Below are positions 30,507 to 40,887 of a stretch of DNA of 64,000 bases, piece by piece. The position numbers and the translations under genes were made by a program. Positions within the stretch are counted from its first letter, which is position 1, and each line of letters starts with the position of its first letter. The DNA is from Candidatus Heimdallarchaeota archaeon (GTDB lineage Archaea; Asgardarchaeota; Heimdallarchaeia; JABLTI01). The stretch is taken from NCBI GenBank assembly GCA_019058275.1, contig JAHLVW010000025.1, forward strand, positions 1 through 64,000. Direction: 5' to 3'. The notes under the pieces are model-generated. The model made no database searches, had not been told where the DNA came from, and saw only the letters and a program-made list of their open reading frames with translations.

Positions 30507-31934
30507 TTATTTTGGTGTTTCTCTTAACACAGGGAGCTTCTGTCCGTGATCTTTCAAGTAATCCGCATATTCAGTCAGTTTCTTTAATGCATAAACTGAC
30601 CTATACGGAGTTGGATAAAAAGCAAAATTCATTTGCTCAAGTTCTTCTCTAATGTAAACTGCTTCTGCACCACCTATAGCACAAAAAGTAATCGTTTTGT
30701 TTATTGTTTTTGCATATGGTTTCAAACCTTCCATTAGATCTTTGACATTAATGGCTGGTGGTGTTGGTATAATAATATAAGTTATAGAATCAACATTGGG
30801 ATCATCAATTGTTTGTTCGAGTGCATATAGATACTCTTTTGCAGTTGCACTTCCTGTAAGGTCTATTGGATTTGCTACTGAAATTATTGGTGGTAAATCT
30901 TCCCTCATCTTCTTGTAAATATTTGTTGAGAGTTCAGCAAGCTCCATTTCAAGTTCTCCAACAACATCTGAGGCCATAACACCTGCTCCACCACCATCAG
31001 TGATAATTAGGACTCGATTTCCATCAGGTAATAGTGTACTATTGAATGCATTCATGCAGTCAAACAACTCATCCCAAGTGTAAGCTCTAATTATTCCTGC
31101 TTCTTTGAATAAGGCATCCGTAACTGCATCATTTGCTGCTAATGAAGCTGTATGACTAGCAACTGCATGTGCACCGGCTTCGTTTCTATTTGCTTTAATA
31201 GCAATAATTGGTTTCTTCAGAGATACTTTGCGAGCAATTTCGATGAATCTTTTCCCATCCATAAAACCTTCAAGGTAAGCTAATATTACTTTGGTTTCTG
31301 GATCCTCACCAAAATACTCAAGTATATCAGCTTCATTGATATCAGATGCATTCCCATAACTAACGAATTTTGAAAGGTAGTTTCCATTTCCAAGAGATCC
31401 CATAACATCGAGAAATGCAGAACCAAAAGCACCGCTTTGTGAGAGAATTGATACCCCACCAACTCCTGGGCGTTTAAGTTTTTCATCAGGTAGAAAAACC
31501 ATGTCTAATCCTCTTTTTGGATAAAACAAGCCAATGCAGTTTGGTCCAATAATTCTGATACCATTTTCTTTAGCTGTTTCATCTATACGTTGTTGTAGTA
31601 ATGTTCCTTCCTCGCCAATTTCTTTAAACCCACCAGAGATAATTGTAACGGATTTTATTCCTTTCTTAGCACAATCCTCCATTGCAGCTGGAACATATTT
31701 TGCGGGTACAATTATTACTGCAGCTTCAATAGACTCCTCAACCTCTAATACAGATTTATAGACTGGATTGCTTAAAATTTCACCACCTTTTGGATTAATG
31801 AGATAAGTTTTGCCCTCAAAATTATTGATGAAATTTTCAGCTATAACATATCCTGGCTTATCCCAAGAAGCAGATGCACCAAAAATGGCCATGCTTTTCG
31901 CTTCAAAAAAATATTGTAATGGATTATTTACCAT
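30507..31934 (-). CDS. acdA: Acetate-CoA ligase (ADP-forming) alpha subunit
   Basis: GPNCIG, SQSGA, SHTASLA phospho-His, NPIDLTG. Confidence 0.9.
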   Translation of the reverse strand: MVNNPLQYFFEAKSMAIFGASASWDKPGYVIAENFINNFEGKTYLINPKGGEILSNPVYKSVLEVEESIEAAVIIVPAKYVPAAMEDCAKKGIKSVTIISGGFKEIGEEGTLLQQRIDETAKENGIRIIGPNCIGLFYPKRGLDMVFLPDEKLKRPGVGGVSILSQSGAFGSAFLDVMGSLGNGNYLSKFVSYGNASDINEADILEYFGEDPETKVILAYLEGFMDGKRFIEIARKVSLKKPIIAIKANRNEAGAHAVASHTASLAANDAVTDALFKEAGIIRAYTWDELFDCMNAFNSTLLPDGNRVLIITDGGGAGVMASDVVGELEMELAELSTNIYKKMREDLPPIISVANPIDLTGSATAKEYLYALEQTIDDPNVDSITYIIIPTPPAINVKDLMEGLKPYAKTINKTITFCAIGGAEAVYIREELEQMNFAFYPTPYRSVYALKKLTEYADYLKDHGQKLPVLRETPK

Positions 31935-32176
31935 ATTTATTTTACTTCCACACTAGTAATTGATTTCATTTAACAAAGGTCTTTGTTACAAAAACTCAAT
32001 AAATTGTTCTCTTTTAAGAGTTTTTGACAGTAGGTTAAAACAGCACATTCAGAATAACATATTGTGAGCAAAATTCTCGATTTCTTTAGGTTACCTCTCT
32101 ATCTTTTGAGAATTTTGTTAAATAAAAAGCAATATGAATGAGAATGTTGTTCGATAAAATATTTGTATAGTAAAAA

Positions 32177-33001
32177 ATGATATTGTTTAAGTGGTTATCA
32201 ATGGATGAAGTAATTATAGCATTAGAAGACATTAGAAAAGAATATGATAGTGAAATCAATAATGGAGGGATTATCTTAGGTGAAGCTTGGTTAGATAAGG
32301 CTAAAGCTAAATTAAAGAAATGTTTGATCGCAGCTCGTATTACAAGGAAAGTGATTGCAACTGCAGCTCAAGAGCAAATTAAGCTAATAGTAACTATTTT
32401 TTCACCAATCTTTACCAACAGTGAACAACAAAAAATCGATAAAGAGAATCTTGACTTATTGAAGATTATTATTCAGAACAAAATCTCAATTTACTCATTA
32501 ACAGGTGATTGGTTAATAGAAGAAAAGGGAGGGTTCGATTATTTGTTAAAATTATTAGATTTCAAATATTCTTCAAAAATAGCTTTTAATGATGAACCAA
32601 TTAAAACCTATGGACGGATAGGGGAAAGGAAGAAGAAATTTTCGTACATAGATTTATTGAAATTATTACAACAACATTTTGATAGTGAAATTCGTTATTT
32701 AGGATATAACCAATTACAAATACAAAGGATAGCAATTGTTACAGAAATAACCAACATAGAAGATGTTTATAGTTTACACAATAACTCAAAAATTGATGTT
32801 ACATTAGTTGGTGATATTAGTTATGAAGGGTTGCTTGTCGCTAAGTTCTTTAAATTACCATTGGTTATTTTGGGAAGAAGAAATTTAGAAAATATTGTAA
32901 TAGGAAACATCAGTAGAAGATTAATGGAAGAGATAACCATAACTCTTCCTGAAATAGTTTTGTTTAAACAAGATGAAATTGGAACAGTAGTAGATGACTG
33001 A
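32177..33001 (+). CDS. Degenerate NIF3-like protein
   Basis: NIF3-like layout (A......KLIVT, L.....ISIYS, GRIG, GDISY) without the metal-binding His residues. Confidence 0.55.
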   Translation: MILFKWLSMDEVIIALEDIRKEYDSEINNGGIILGEAWLDKAKAKLKKCLIAARITRKVIATAAQEQIKLIVTIFSPIFTNSEQQKIDKENLDLLKIIIQNKISIYSLTGDWLIEEKGGFDYLLKLLDFKYSSKIAFNDEPIKTYGRIGERKKKFSYIDLLKLLQQHFDSEIRYLGYNQLQIQRIAIVTEITNIEDVYSLHNNSKIDVTLVGDISYEGLLVAKFFKLPLVILGRRNLENIVIGNISRRLMEEITITLPEIVLFKQDEIGTVVDD

Positions 33002-33007
33002 AATTTT

Positions 33008-33910
33008 CTACTGCTCTATTGCCTTCTGGAGTATTTCCACCATTCGATCAGTTTCAATTAGCATTTGACCAAGTTTTGGTCTTCTTTTACTCAATCCTAC
33101 AAAGATACAGTTCTCATTCACAACTTTGAAAATCATGAAAGTTTTCTTCTTCATTTGAAGTATTGTAGATGTAACTTCATCATTTTCATCAAGTTCTTCT
33201 GTAATACGACTGACTGAACTTAACATCACATTAGCTGATATTTCAACTATAGGAGGAAGTTCACCAGCAACGTAAATTGGTAGTCCAACTTTTGAATAAA
33301 CAGCTATGCCTGAAAATGATGAACCTCTTAAAGCACGATTTAAGTACTCTTTCATTGATATTTGATCATCCACTTCCTTCATTAATACATCTCGAAAAGC
33401 GTAAAAGGAGGAGGCATCATAGATACTAGTTTCATGAATTATAAGATCTAATCCTTTAGATGTGAACAAATTCTTTGTTGCTCGAATATAATCTGAAGCA
33501 TTATTTTTTTCAGCTAGTAAATCTACTTTGTTCAATAACAGATATACTCTTGCTTCAGGACTAATTTTATGTAAATGCTTTACCAGAGCTTCAAACCAAT
33601 AATGAGCAATTGAAAAGATTGATTGCTCTGTTATATCCAAAATAAAAACTAAAGCTTCAACATATTCGTATAAAGGATCATTATCTCTTGATAAGATATC
33701 TTGAATAGATTTTTCACCTCCACATTTAATAATAAGAACTCTTCTTTGCAAAAGATCTCTCATCGTATTACCAACATCTAATTTTTGGATTATTGGTTTT
33801 AAATCATCAGGAGGATTATTATCAACAACACATGCTTTTATGGTTTTCAAACCAGCTCCAGGTAAACCTGCAATTATAATTTTCTTTGGCTCGTCTTCAG
33901 AATTTGACAA
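33008..33910 (-). CDS. Rag/Gtr-like GTPase domain fused to a C-terminal roadblock domain (degenerate G1/G3)
   Basis: GLPGAGLKT, EALVFILD, LNKVDL, HETSIYD; C-terminal IAVYSKVGLPIY roadblock-like region. Confidence 0.75.
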   Translation of the reverse strand: MSNSEDEPKKIIIAGLPGAGLKTIKACVVDNNPPDDLKPIIQKLDVGNTMRDLLQRRVLIIKCGGEKSIQDILSRDNDPLYEYVEALVFILDITEQSIFSIAHYWFEALVKHLHKISPEARVYLLLNKVDLLAEKNNASDYIRATKNLFTSKGLDLIIHETSIYDASSFYAFRDVLMKEVDDQISMKEYLNRALRGSSFSGIAVYSKVGLPIYVAGELPPIVEISANVMLSSVSRITEELDENDEVTSTILQMKKKTFMIFKVVNENCIFVGLSKRRPKLGQMLIETDRMVEILQKAIEQ

Positions 33911-34048
33911 GGCACTTCACCATCTTTTACGAAAATTGATTAACTTTTTAATTTAAGTCTATTATTATTCAAAAAGATTTGTGCTAAGGTAAAAGAAAAA
34001 AGAAACTTTAAAGCTCAGCTAGTTATTGCTGAACATTAAAGAAGAAAG

Positions 34049-34660
34049 TTATGTTTCTCTTTCTTTTCGTAATTCTTCTATTTCTTTAGCTAATTCTGCT
34101 GAACGAATATCTGGGGTTGGTAAACCTGTTTCAGCACCTAAACCAATTTCTGTACCTATTTCACCCATGATTTTGTCAACTTCTGTTTCATCAACATCTA
34201 ATGACATCATGCTTTCAAAATCTTCGTCCATCATATCTGTGGTCATTTCTATTCCTTCAAATGACCTTTCAAGATCATCTATTAGAGCTGAGATTTCGGG
34301 GGCATTTAAACTAGCATTTACTTGTCGTAATGCTCCAGCCATTCCTTTCAATTCTCCCGCCAATTGCTGAACAGAATCTGCTTGTTCAAGTCTGAAGATA
34401 ATTCCTTCAATTCTAGTTGTTAGTTTTGTATAACTGTAAACCCATTTACGATTTCGGGCAACATTTGATGCATATAATCTAGCCTGATCCATTAGTCCTT
34501 TTCTCAATGAATCTCGGCATTTTCTTTGAATTTTTTTTTCATCAGTTTCTAATTTTTTAGATGATCTCGCTAACCTTTTATTGACCATTTTGAGATCGAT
34601 AATATAATCACGAGTAGCTTTTCCGCCACCAAGCCATCTGACAAATTTTCCAAATACCAT
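34049..34660 (-). CDS. ESCRT-III subunit, Vps2/24/46 (Did2/CHMP1-like) class of the Snf7 family
   Basis: Basic N-half RKGLMDQARLYASNVARNRK, acidic C-half EVDKIMGEI, C-terminal amphipathic LAKEIEELRK. Confidence 0.88.
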   Translation of the reverse strand: MVFGKFVRWLGGGKATRDYIIDLKMVNKRLARSSKKLETDEKKIQRKCRDSLRKGLMDQARLYASNVARNRKWVYSYTKLTTRIEGIIFRLEQADSVQQLAGELKGMAGALRQVNASLNAPEISALIDDLERSFEGIEMTTDMMDEDFESMMSLDVDETEVDKIMGEIGTEIGLGAETGLPTPDIRSAELAKEIEELRKERET

Positions 34661-34911
34661 GTTAATTTCACTTCATTTAGTTCTATAAATTATTAAATTT
34701 GCTTTCACCAAAAAAAAGCTTTCTTAATAAGCTTTCAAAGATGGTTGTTTTATTCCAGCTTTTCTAGTAATTATGCTTTAATTAATACTACCTAAACAGT
34801 CTATTTTTACCTTTTGATTCAAACAATATTTTACAAACAAAAATTTTACTACAATAAGTAGTTATTTTGTTTATTTTATGTAAGCGCTAGAAACAAGGAG
34901 ATGGCATTCTA

Positions 34912-35794
34912 ATAGCTAAACAAAAAGTTAGAATTTTAGCAGATGCTACTATGGGGCTCCCTCCAGAGACGGTTAAAGATCTAGATATTGGTGTTTTACC
35001 AACACAAGTAATGATTGAAGATCGTGAGAAACCATATAGGAACTATATTAATATAACCCCTGAGGAGGTTTTTGAAAAACTTCTGAAAGTAAAAGAAATC
35101 CCAACTACTGCTGTACCAACACAGGATGACATTTACAAAGTATATGAGGAATCCTTGAAAAATTTTGAATCAGTAATAGTTTTAGCTCATTCTAGTAAAA
35201 TTAGCAGTGGTTATAATTGTGCTTTACGAATTGCTGAAATGTTTCCTGGCAAAGATATAACTGTAATCGATACCAAACAATAACAATAATGGAAGGACTG
35301 TTGGTTTTTGAAGCTGCAATGATGGCTCGTAAAGGTGTGGATAAGGAGGAAATAATCAATCAAGTAAATTCCTTGATTCCTCACACACATGAGATTGCCA
35401 TTCTGAAATCATTAGATTATCTTAGAAAAGGTGGAAGAATTAGTATAGCAAAGTATCTTATCGGAAATCTAGCAAATTTCAAACCAATAATAGGTGTCGA
35501 AGATGGTTTGGTAAAGAACATTGGTAGAGTTAAGGGGTTTGATAATGGTATTGAAATTCTTAAGAAAAATATCCTAAACATATTGCAAAATCGAAAAACA
35601 GATTTTGAGACAGTCTTCATGCTTTAATGCCTAAGGAAGCTAAAGATCTCAAAGACTTCATACTCACACAGAAAGAAAATATTCCAAGAAAAGTTGAAAT
35701 TTATACGCTTGGACCAGTTTTAGGAACTCATATTGGTCCATATGCACTTAGCATTTGATGGATAGGCGACTGGGATGAAAGTTGGCTCAAATAA
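34912..35794 (+). pseudogene. DegV/FakB fatty-acid-binding protein pseudogene
   Basis: KVRILADAT, PTTAVP, SSKISSGY, LDYLRKGGRI, GPVLGTHIGP; frameshift at about 35281, further disruption near 35625, in-frame TGA near 35756, ATA at the expected start. Confidence 0.85.
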
Positions 35795-35889
35795 ATAGTG
35801 TTACCAAGTGTTGTATTTGAAAGAAAACCCTTTTAGGATTGATTTCTCAGTATATTTATATATCAACTATTATTGGAGCTATTATAAAA

Positions 35890-36684
35890 ATGGTTAAGCC
35901 AGGTTCAATCGTTGGCGGATTTATTATTGCAATTTCTATAGCTATGCAAGTTATTACGCTTGTCGAAATCGTTTCTTATTATTGGTTACTGTTTATTTGG
36001 GCAGCTGGACTTATTGCAGGAGTAACGTATGTTTTAGGGGGATTGGCTTTCGATTCAGATAAAATGGAATATTTCACAATCTCCGGTATTGGTTTTGGAT
36101 CTATAATTGCTGTTACTGTTTATTTCTGCGTTTTCCAAGCTGAATCAATATACAATATGCTATTACCACTTGTTGCTGGAAAAGCCCTCTGGGCTTTCGG
36201 AGCAGTTGGTTTATCAACTGGGTCTGCAATATTAATGGCAATTGCACCTCTATTTGTAGTAGCAGGTACTGGAAAGCAAATGAAGGGAGTAAAACCTGGA
36301 GCTATTATTGGTGGTATTTTAATTAGTTCTTCATTGTTTTTACAAATTATAACGGTCATTCATTTCGCCAAGTATTACTGGCTTCTTGTATTCTGGTTCA
36401 TTGGTTTAGTTGGGGCTATTTCTCTCGCTATTGGTGCCAGAGCAAAGTGGGGTTATAATAGCACAGAAGCTTTTGTGACTGCTGGAATTTTCATCGGCAT
36501 TCTTCTTGTTTTGGTTATTTGGTGGACTGTTTCACCATCTATGAAAGCTAATATAACAAATACAATACCAGGTGTTACACATCCTATTGGAGAAATATTA
36601 CCTACAGTAATCTCTTTTATCTCTGGTGTTATAGCATTCTTTGGTGTACTATTTTGTACAGCTTCTGAGAAAAGTAGATACTAA
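35890..36684 (+). CDS. Hypothetical 8-TM membrane protein built from an internal 4-TM duplication
   Basis: VKPGSIVGG...YYWLL repeated as VKPGAIIGG...YYWLL. Confidence 0.75.
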   Translation: MVKPGSIVGGFIIAISIAMQVITLVEIVSYYWLLFIWAAGLIAGVTYVLGGLAFDSDKMEYFTISGIGFGSIIAVTVYFCVFQAESIYNMLLPLVAGKALWAFGAVGLSTGSAILMAIAPLFVVAGTGKQMKGVKPGAIIGGILISSSLFLQIITVIHFAKYYWLLVFWFIGLVGAISLAIGARAKWGYNSTEAFVTAGIFIGILLVLVIWWTVSPSMKANITNTIPGVTHPIGEILPTVISFISGVIAFFGVLFCTASEKSRY

Positions 36685-36833
36685 TCTTTTCTCAACTTTT
36701 TCTTTTGTTTTAAACATAATTCTTCAATTTTCTTTGAATAATTAACAAAGGAATTAAAAGGATATTTAGTTTATCAAAAACGAATATTAAAGATTGTAGA
36801 TTTACTGTTATACGAAATATGTGAGGATATGAA

Positions 36834-37349
36834 TTGACAAAAACCATAAAATACCATTTTGAATATGGCTGCCTTGGTGGTACTTTTGATAGATTACATG
36901 GTGGTCAGAAGTTACTACTCACTACTGCCTTCAAACTTGCCAAAAAGGTCCTAATAGGTATAACTACTGACGAATTAGCTAAAAGAGGTAAAAAAATCCA
37001 TCACTTAATATGGCCTTACGAAAAACGATCCAAAGATGTACTGGATTTTCTACACTCAATTGGTATTTCTGATGATCGTATAGAAATAAAACCACTGTCT
37101 CGAGCAACACAATATGCTGACGAAATTTCTGAACTAGAAATAATAGTACTAAGTCCGGAAACATATGGTAGATTGTTGGACATTAATGATCTTCGAAGAG
37201 AAAAGGATTTAGCTGAATTATTGGCAATCGCCATTCCTTATTTTAGAGATGAAAATGGGAAAATTGTAAGTTCTCAAACCTTTAGAGAGCTGGAAATGAA
37301 ATTGAAGCAACAAATTAAGCGTAAAGATGATGATGCTGCTGCTTTATAA
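36834..37349 (+). CDS. coaD: Phosphopantetheine adenylyltransferase (archaeal/eukaryote type)
   Basis: GGTFDRLH, IGITTD, LSPET, INDLR, VSSQTFR. Confidence 0.85.
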   Translation: MTKTIKYHFEYGCLGGTFDRLHGGQKLLLTTAFKLAKKVLIGITTDELAKRGKKIHHLIWPYEKRSKDVLDFLHSIGISDDRIEIKPLSRATQYADEISELEIIVLSPETYGRLLDINDLRREKDLAELLAIAIPYFRDENGKIVSSQTFRELEMKLKQQIKRKDDDAAAL

Positions 37350-37363
37350 TTCAGTTTTACATT

Positions 37364-40123
37364 TTAAAAGAAATCATCCAGTGACCTAATACCAATTATC
37401 TTATCAAATGATATGCCTATTGGGTCAAGAACTTGTGTTAATGTGGAATCCATTTGCGTCAGATATTTATCTACATCAATTTCTGAAACATCTGCTAATT
37501 CCACAGGTTTTACCCCTTCTTGTCCCCTGGTTTTTACATATGATACTAAATCTCCAGCTCCTAATTTTTGACCTGTTTTATCAGCTAGAAAACGAGCTGC
37601 TTTTACATGTTGTGGGGTTGTTTTTACATATTGATTTAGATTCTTATTTAGTTGCACTTTGAAAACCAAGGATTCAATCGCTAATTCACGTTTCTTTAGT
37701 TTGGAATAACATTGTTGTACAATATCCTCAATTTGCTGTTTAGCTTTATCAAAATCCTCTTCTTGGTTAATACAGCTTAAAATGGTCACTATCTCATAAA
37801 AGACATCTTTCAAAAATGGTGGAGTATTTCTTTTCTTTCCTAGTAGACCTTTCACGTCTACACTGCCATCATGATAAACTCCAAGATAGTTCTTCTTTCT
37901 ATCTGATAGAGCTAAATATCTGTATGTTTTGTCTACATCAAGATTGATCTTAAGGTTCTTATCACTCCAAGCAATCAGCTCGTTAATCTGTTCTTGTGTA
38001 AGATTTTTCAAGAAAACTGAATCTGTATCTCCATAAATGACAGCAATACCCATCTGATTGCATTTTTCAATTGTTTGTGTAATTGCTTGTCGGCCAATAG
38101 CAGTTGTTGCTTCAGCTAATGGAGGACAATAAAATGGAAAATGAGGTGCACCAAAGACACCATAAGAAGCATTAATTACAACTTTTAAAGCTGATTGAAT
38201 AACTTCATAAAAACCTCGAATGTTTTCATCCAAGCTTTTATCTTTGGTTTTTGGTTTAAACCAAGAAATTCGTATGTCTCTGATAAAGCCAATCAAAATA
38301 GACATTAGTCCTCTATTTTTTGTACAAACCCAATGATCTGTATCTGGAATTAATTTAATATCTTTACATTCCTCATGCTTGCAGTTCATTGTTTCATAGG
38401 AAAGATTCCATGTCTTTATTATACTCGGGTATAGACTAGCAAAATCCAGTACAGTAACATCAAAATGTATCCCTGGATCTGGATCAACAACTAGAGCACC
38501 TTTGTATTTCTTTCCTTTTATCATGGCACTTGTTGTTGAATCACCTCGAGAGCTAATGATCTCTTCAGGTCTAGGAATAAGATACTTTCTTCTTCGATGT
38601 TCTGCAAATAACCAGTTTCTAATCCAACTTGAAACTGCTTGTCGAGTTATATCCTCAAAGGTCATACCAGTAAGACGCATAAGTTGAATGATTAATCGAA
38701 TTGTTACAGAATCATTAAATGTGGTTAACTCGAGTGTAATTTTACTATCCCATAAATTGTATCGAGCGAGATCATAACAGCTTGCATATCCAATTTCTTC
38801 TTCTAATTCGATTTTTCCTACGTCAAGCAATGCACTACTAACAGCGTTTAGTGAACTTTCACTATATTTAGAAGCAAACGCATAAACCTTAATTGCAGCT
38901 TGATTGAAAAAGCGATAAGCATCAAAATGAATTGAATTTCTTATCTTACAGCTATCTCTAACCATTATGATAGGATTATCTTTCTTGGTAATTTTCAAGC
39001 GAACTGCTCGATTATAGAGATATGGCAGATCATAATTGTCACCGTTGAAAGTAATAATCATTGGATATTCTTGCATTAATCTGAAAGTTTCACGTAAAAG
39101 CTCTGCTTCATCATCATAGAAGGTTATTTCTACATCATCAGCCAATTCTTCTGAACGGGTTCCTAATGGTACATCTTCTCGTTTCAGTACTAGTGCTTTC
39201 TTTACTCCATCATTTCCTACAATTGCTACAGAAATTACCTTCTCTTCTGCCTTTTTTGGATCAGAAATATGAGTCATGGTTTTTGTATAAACCTCAATAT
39301 CTATTGCTGCGCGTTTTATGTGTGGTACTCTAGCTAAGAATAGTGGTAGATATATTGGAATTAGTTCTTTAACTTCCTTAGGTGAATCCTTGAATATATC
39401 ACGGATTTGTTTTTCAACTTCCTTATCTACTTCAGGAAAAACTGGTTCTAAATTACTATTTTTTACTTGATAAAACATTCCAGGAAATAATTCACGATCA
39501 TAGAGGTAATTTTGATGATATCTAATATTTGCTTCCCATGCAGCAGGTAATTTATCTCTTAAACTATCAAACCCACCTGCTATAGCCAATGGATCAGTTA
39601 CAAGAATTTTTGTCATGGGAACTTTATCATCGATTAATAAATTTTGAAGTGTAACTTTTTCATAACCAGTTATTTTAGAGAAGTTTTTAACTGGTGATAT
39701 TTGTTTTAGTTCTTCTTCTTTTAAATCAGATAAACAATATGGCTTATGTTCAGTATTATCATACCAACCAAATAGTCGATTAGAGTGTTCATCTAATAGA
39801 TAGAGAAATGCTTTACCACTTTTACCATCATATACTGATTGCAACAAACAACATGGTGGAGTGTTAGTCGGACATAGTTCTACTGGAGCACCCTCAAAAA
39901 TGACATCCTCGTCATCATCTTCTTGGTCTTTCTCTAAATCATCACTTGCATTGCTCACAGCTAATTCATTTACCATAGTAGAGGGCTTGCCAGATAGATT
40001 ATCATCTTTTCTTATTTGCTCTGGTTTTTCTGAAGAAGCTAATTCTTTCTCTTTCTTTGCATCTTTTTTATCAATGTTTTCAGATGGGAAGAAAGTGTCT
40101 AATGATAATTGTTTTTTGCTCAT
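37364..40123 (-). CDS. polB1: DNA polymerase family B (PolB1-type)
   Basis: DIE exonuclease motif, FNGDNYD, DFASLYPSII, KVVINASYG, YGDTDS, KKNY. Confidence 0.93.
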   Translation of the reverse strand: MSKKQLSLDTFFPSENIDKKDAKKEKELASSEKPEQIRKDDNLSGKPSTMVNELAVSNASDDLEKDQEDDDEDVIFEGAPVELCPTNTPPCCLLQSVYDGKSGKAFLYLLDEHSNRLFGWYDNTEHKPYCLSDLKEEELKQISPVKNFSKITGYEKVTLQNLLIDDKVPMTKILVTDPLAIAGGFDSLRDKLPAAWEANIRYHQNYLYDRELFPGMFYQVKNSNLEPVFPEVDKEVEKQIRDIFKDSPKEVKELIPIYLPLFLARVPHIKRAAIDIEVYTKTMTHISDPKKAEEKVISVAIVGNDGVKKALVLKREDVPLGTRSEELADDVEITFYDDEAELLRETFRLMQEYPMIITFNGDNYDLPYLYNRAVRLKITKKDNPIIMVRDSCKIRNSIHFDAYRFFNQAAIKVYAFASKYSESSLNAVSSALLDVGKIELEEEIGYASCYDLARYNLWDSKITLELTTFNDSVTIRLIIQLMRLTGMTFEDITRQAVSSWIRNWLFAEHRRRKYLIPRPEEIISSRGDSTTSAMIKGKKYKGALVVDPDPGIHFDVTVLDFASLYPSIIKTWNLSYETMNCKHEECKDIKLIPDTDHWVCTKNRGLMSILIGFIRDIRISWFKPKTKDKSLDENIRGFYEVIQSALKVVINASYGVFGAPHFPFYCPPLAEATTAIGRQAITQTIEKCNQMGIAVIYGDTDSVFLKNLTQEQINELIAWSDKNLKINLDVDKTYRYLALSDRKKNYLGVYHDGSVDVKGLLGKKRNTPPFLKDVFYEIVTILSCINQEEDFDKAKQQIEDIVQQCYSKLKKRELAIESLVFKVQLNKNLNQYVKTTPQHVKAARFLADKTGQKLGAGDLVSYVKTRGQEGVKPVELADVSEIDVDKYLTQMDSTLTQVLDPIGISFDKIIGIRSLDDFF

Positions 40124-40309
40124 ACATTACCCTCATATCGCTGACAAATTCATAATGATTTAAAAATTAATACTTAGTTGTTTTTACTTGTTTTGGTCTT
40201 GTGAATTATGTTATTACTCATATATATGATATAATTAAACTTCAAAACCTTTTAACTCTTCTAGAGATGGGGTTTTTATTTGCCACTTTCTACTTCTTGA
40301 TGAGTATCA

Positions 40310-40732
40310 ATGAATGGAAATAACAACAACAGTAAATCCGATGTTGGTTTTTTAATTTTCTTGATTTTAGTGGTTACTGCTATGATTCCATTCTTCATTG
40401 GATTTGATAATTTTAATAAGATCTTGCAAATAAGTAAAATCATAATTTTTGTATTTACGGCAATAGCTGTAGCTGCTAGTGTAGTATTTGGTTTCATTTT
40501 CTTTAGAAAAAAATTAACATTTAAAAATCTCAAGAAAATTAACAATGATAGTGTAGAAGATGCAATTAATGAATCGTTAAATGAAGATAAACTAAAAGAT
40601 AAGAATATTCCAAAGATAGAATTAACATCTACTAACCAGCAGGAAAACATCTTAGATGTAGGAAATAAATTGTCTAAAATTGACTCAATGAGTAATGATT
40701 TGCGAAAGCTAAATCAAAAATATGATTTTTAG
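40310..40732 (+). CDS. Hypothetical 2-TM membrane protein
   Basis: Two hydrophobic helices and a low-complexity cytoplasmic tail. Confidence 0.55.
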   Translation: MNGNNNNSKSDVGFLIFLILVVTAMIPFFIGFDNFNKILQISKIIIFVFTAIAVAASVVFGFIFFRKKLTFKNLKKINNDSVEDAINESLNEDKLKDKNIPKIELTSTNQQENILDVGNKLSKIDSMSNDLRKLNQKYDF

Positions 40733-40887
40733 AGAACTTCCATTAAATAAAACAAAAAGAACTGGAAAGAGTTATAGAATCAATGACCTATGGTAGAAAA
40801 TCATTGCGAAATCATCTCCTCCTAATGGTAAATCTGGTAATAAATGGTGAGAGTAAAAAAAAAGGAAAAGTAGAAATGGAAAAAGGA

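Noticed and set aside
34015-34032. GCTAGTTATTGCT matches part of the T7 terminator primer
   Set aside because: It is only 13 bp with no other vector sequence, and is explained as a local TCAGC/GCTGA hairpin after the ESCRT-III gene.
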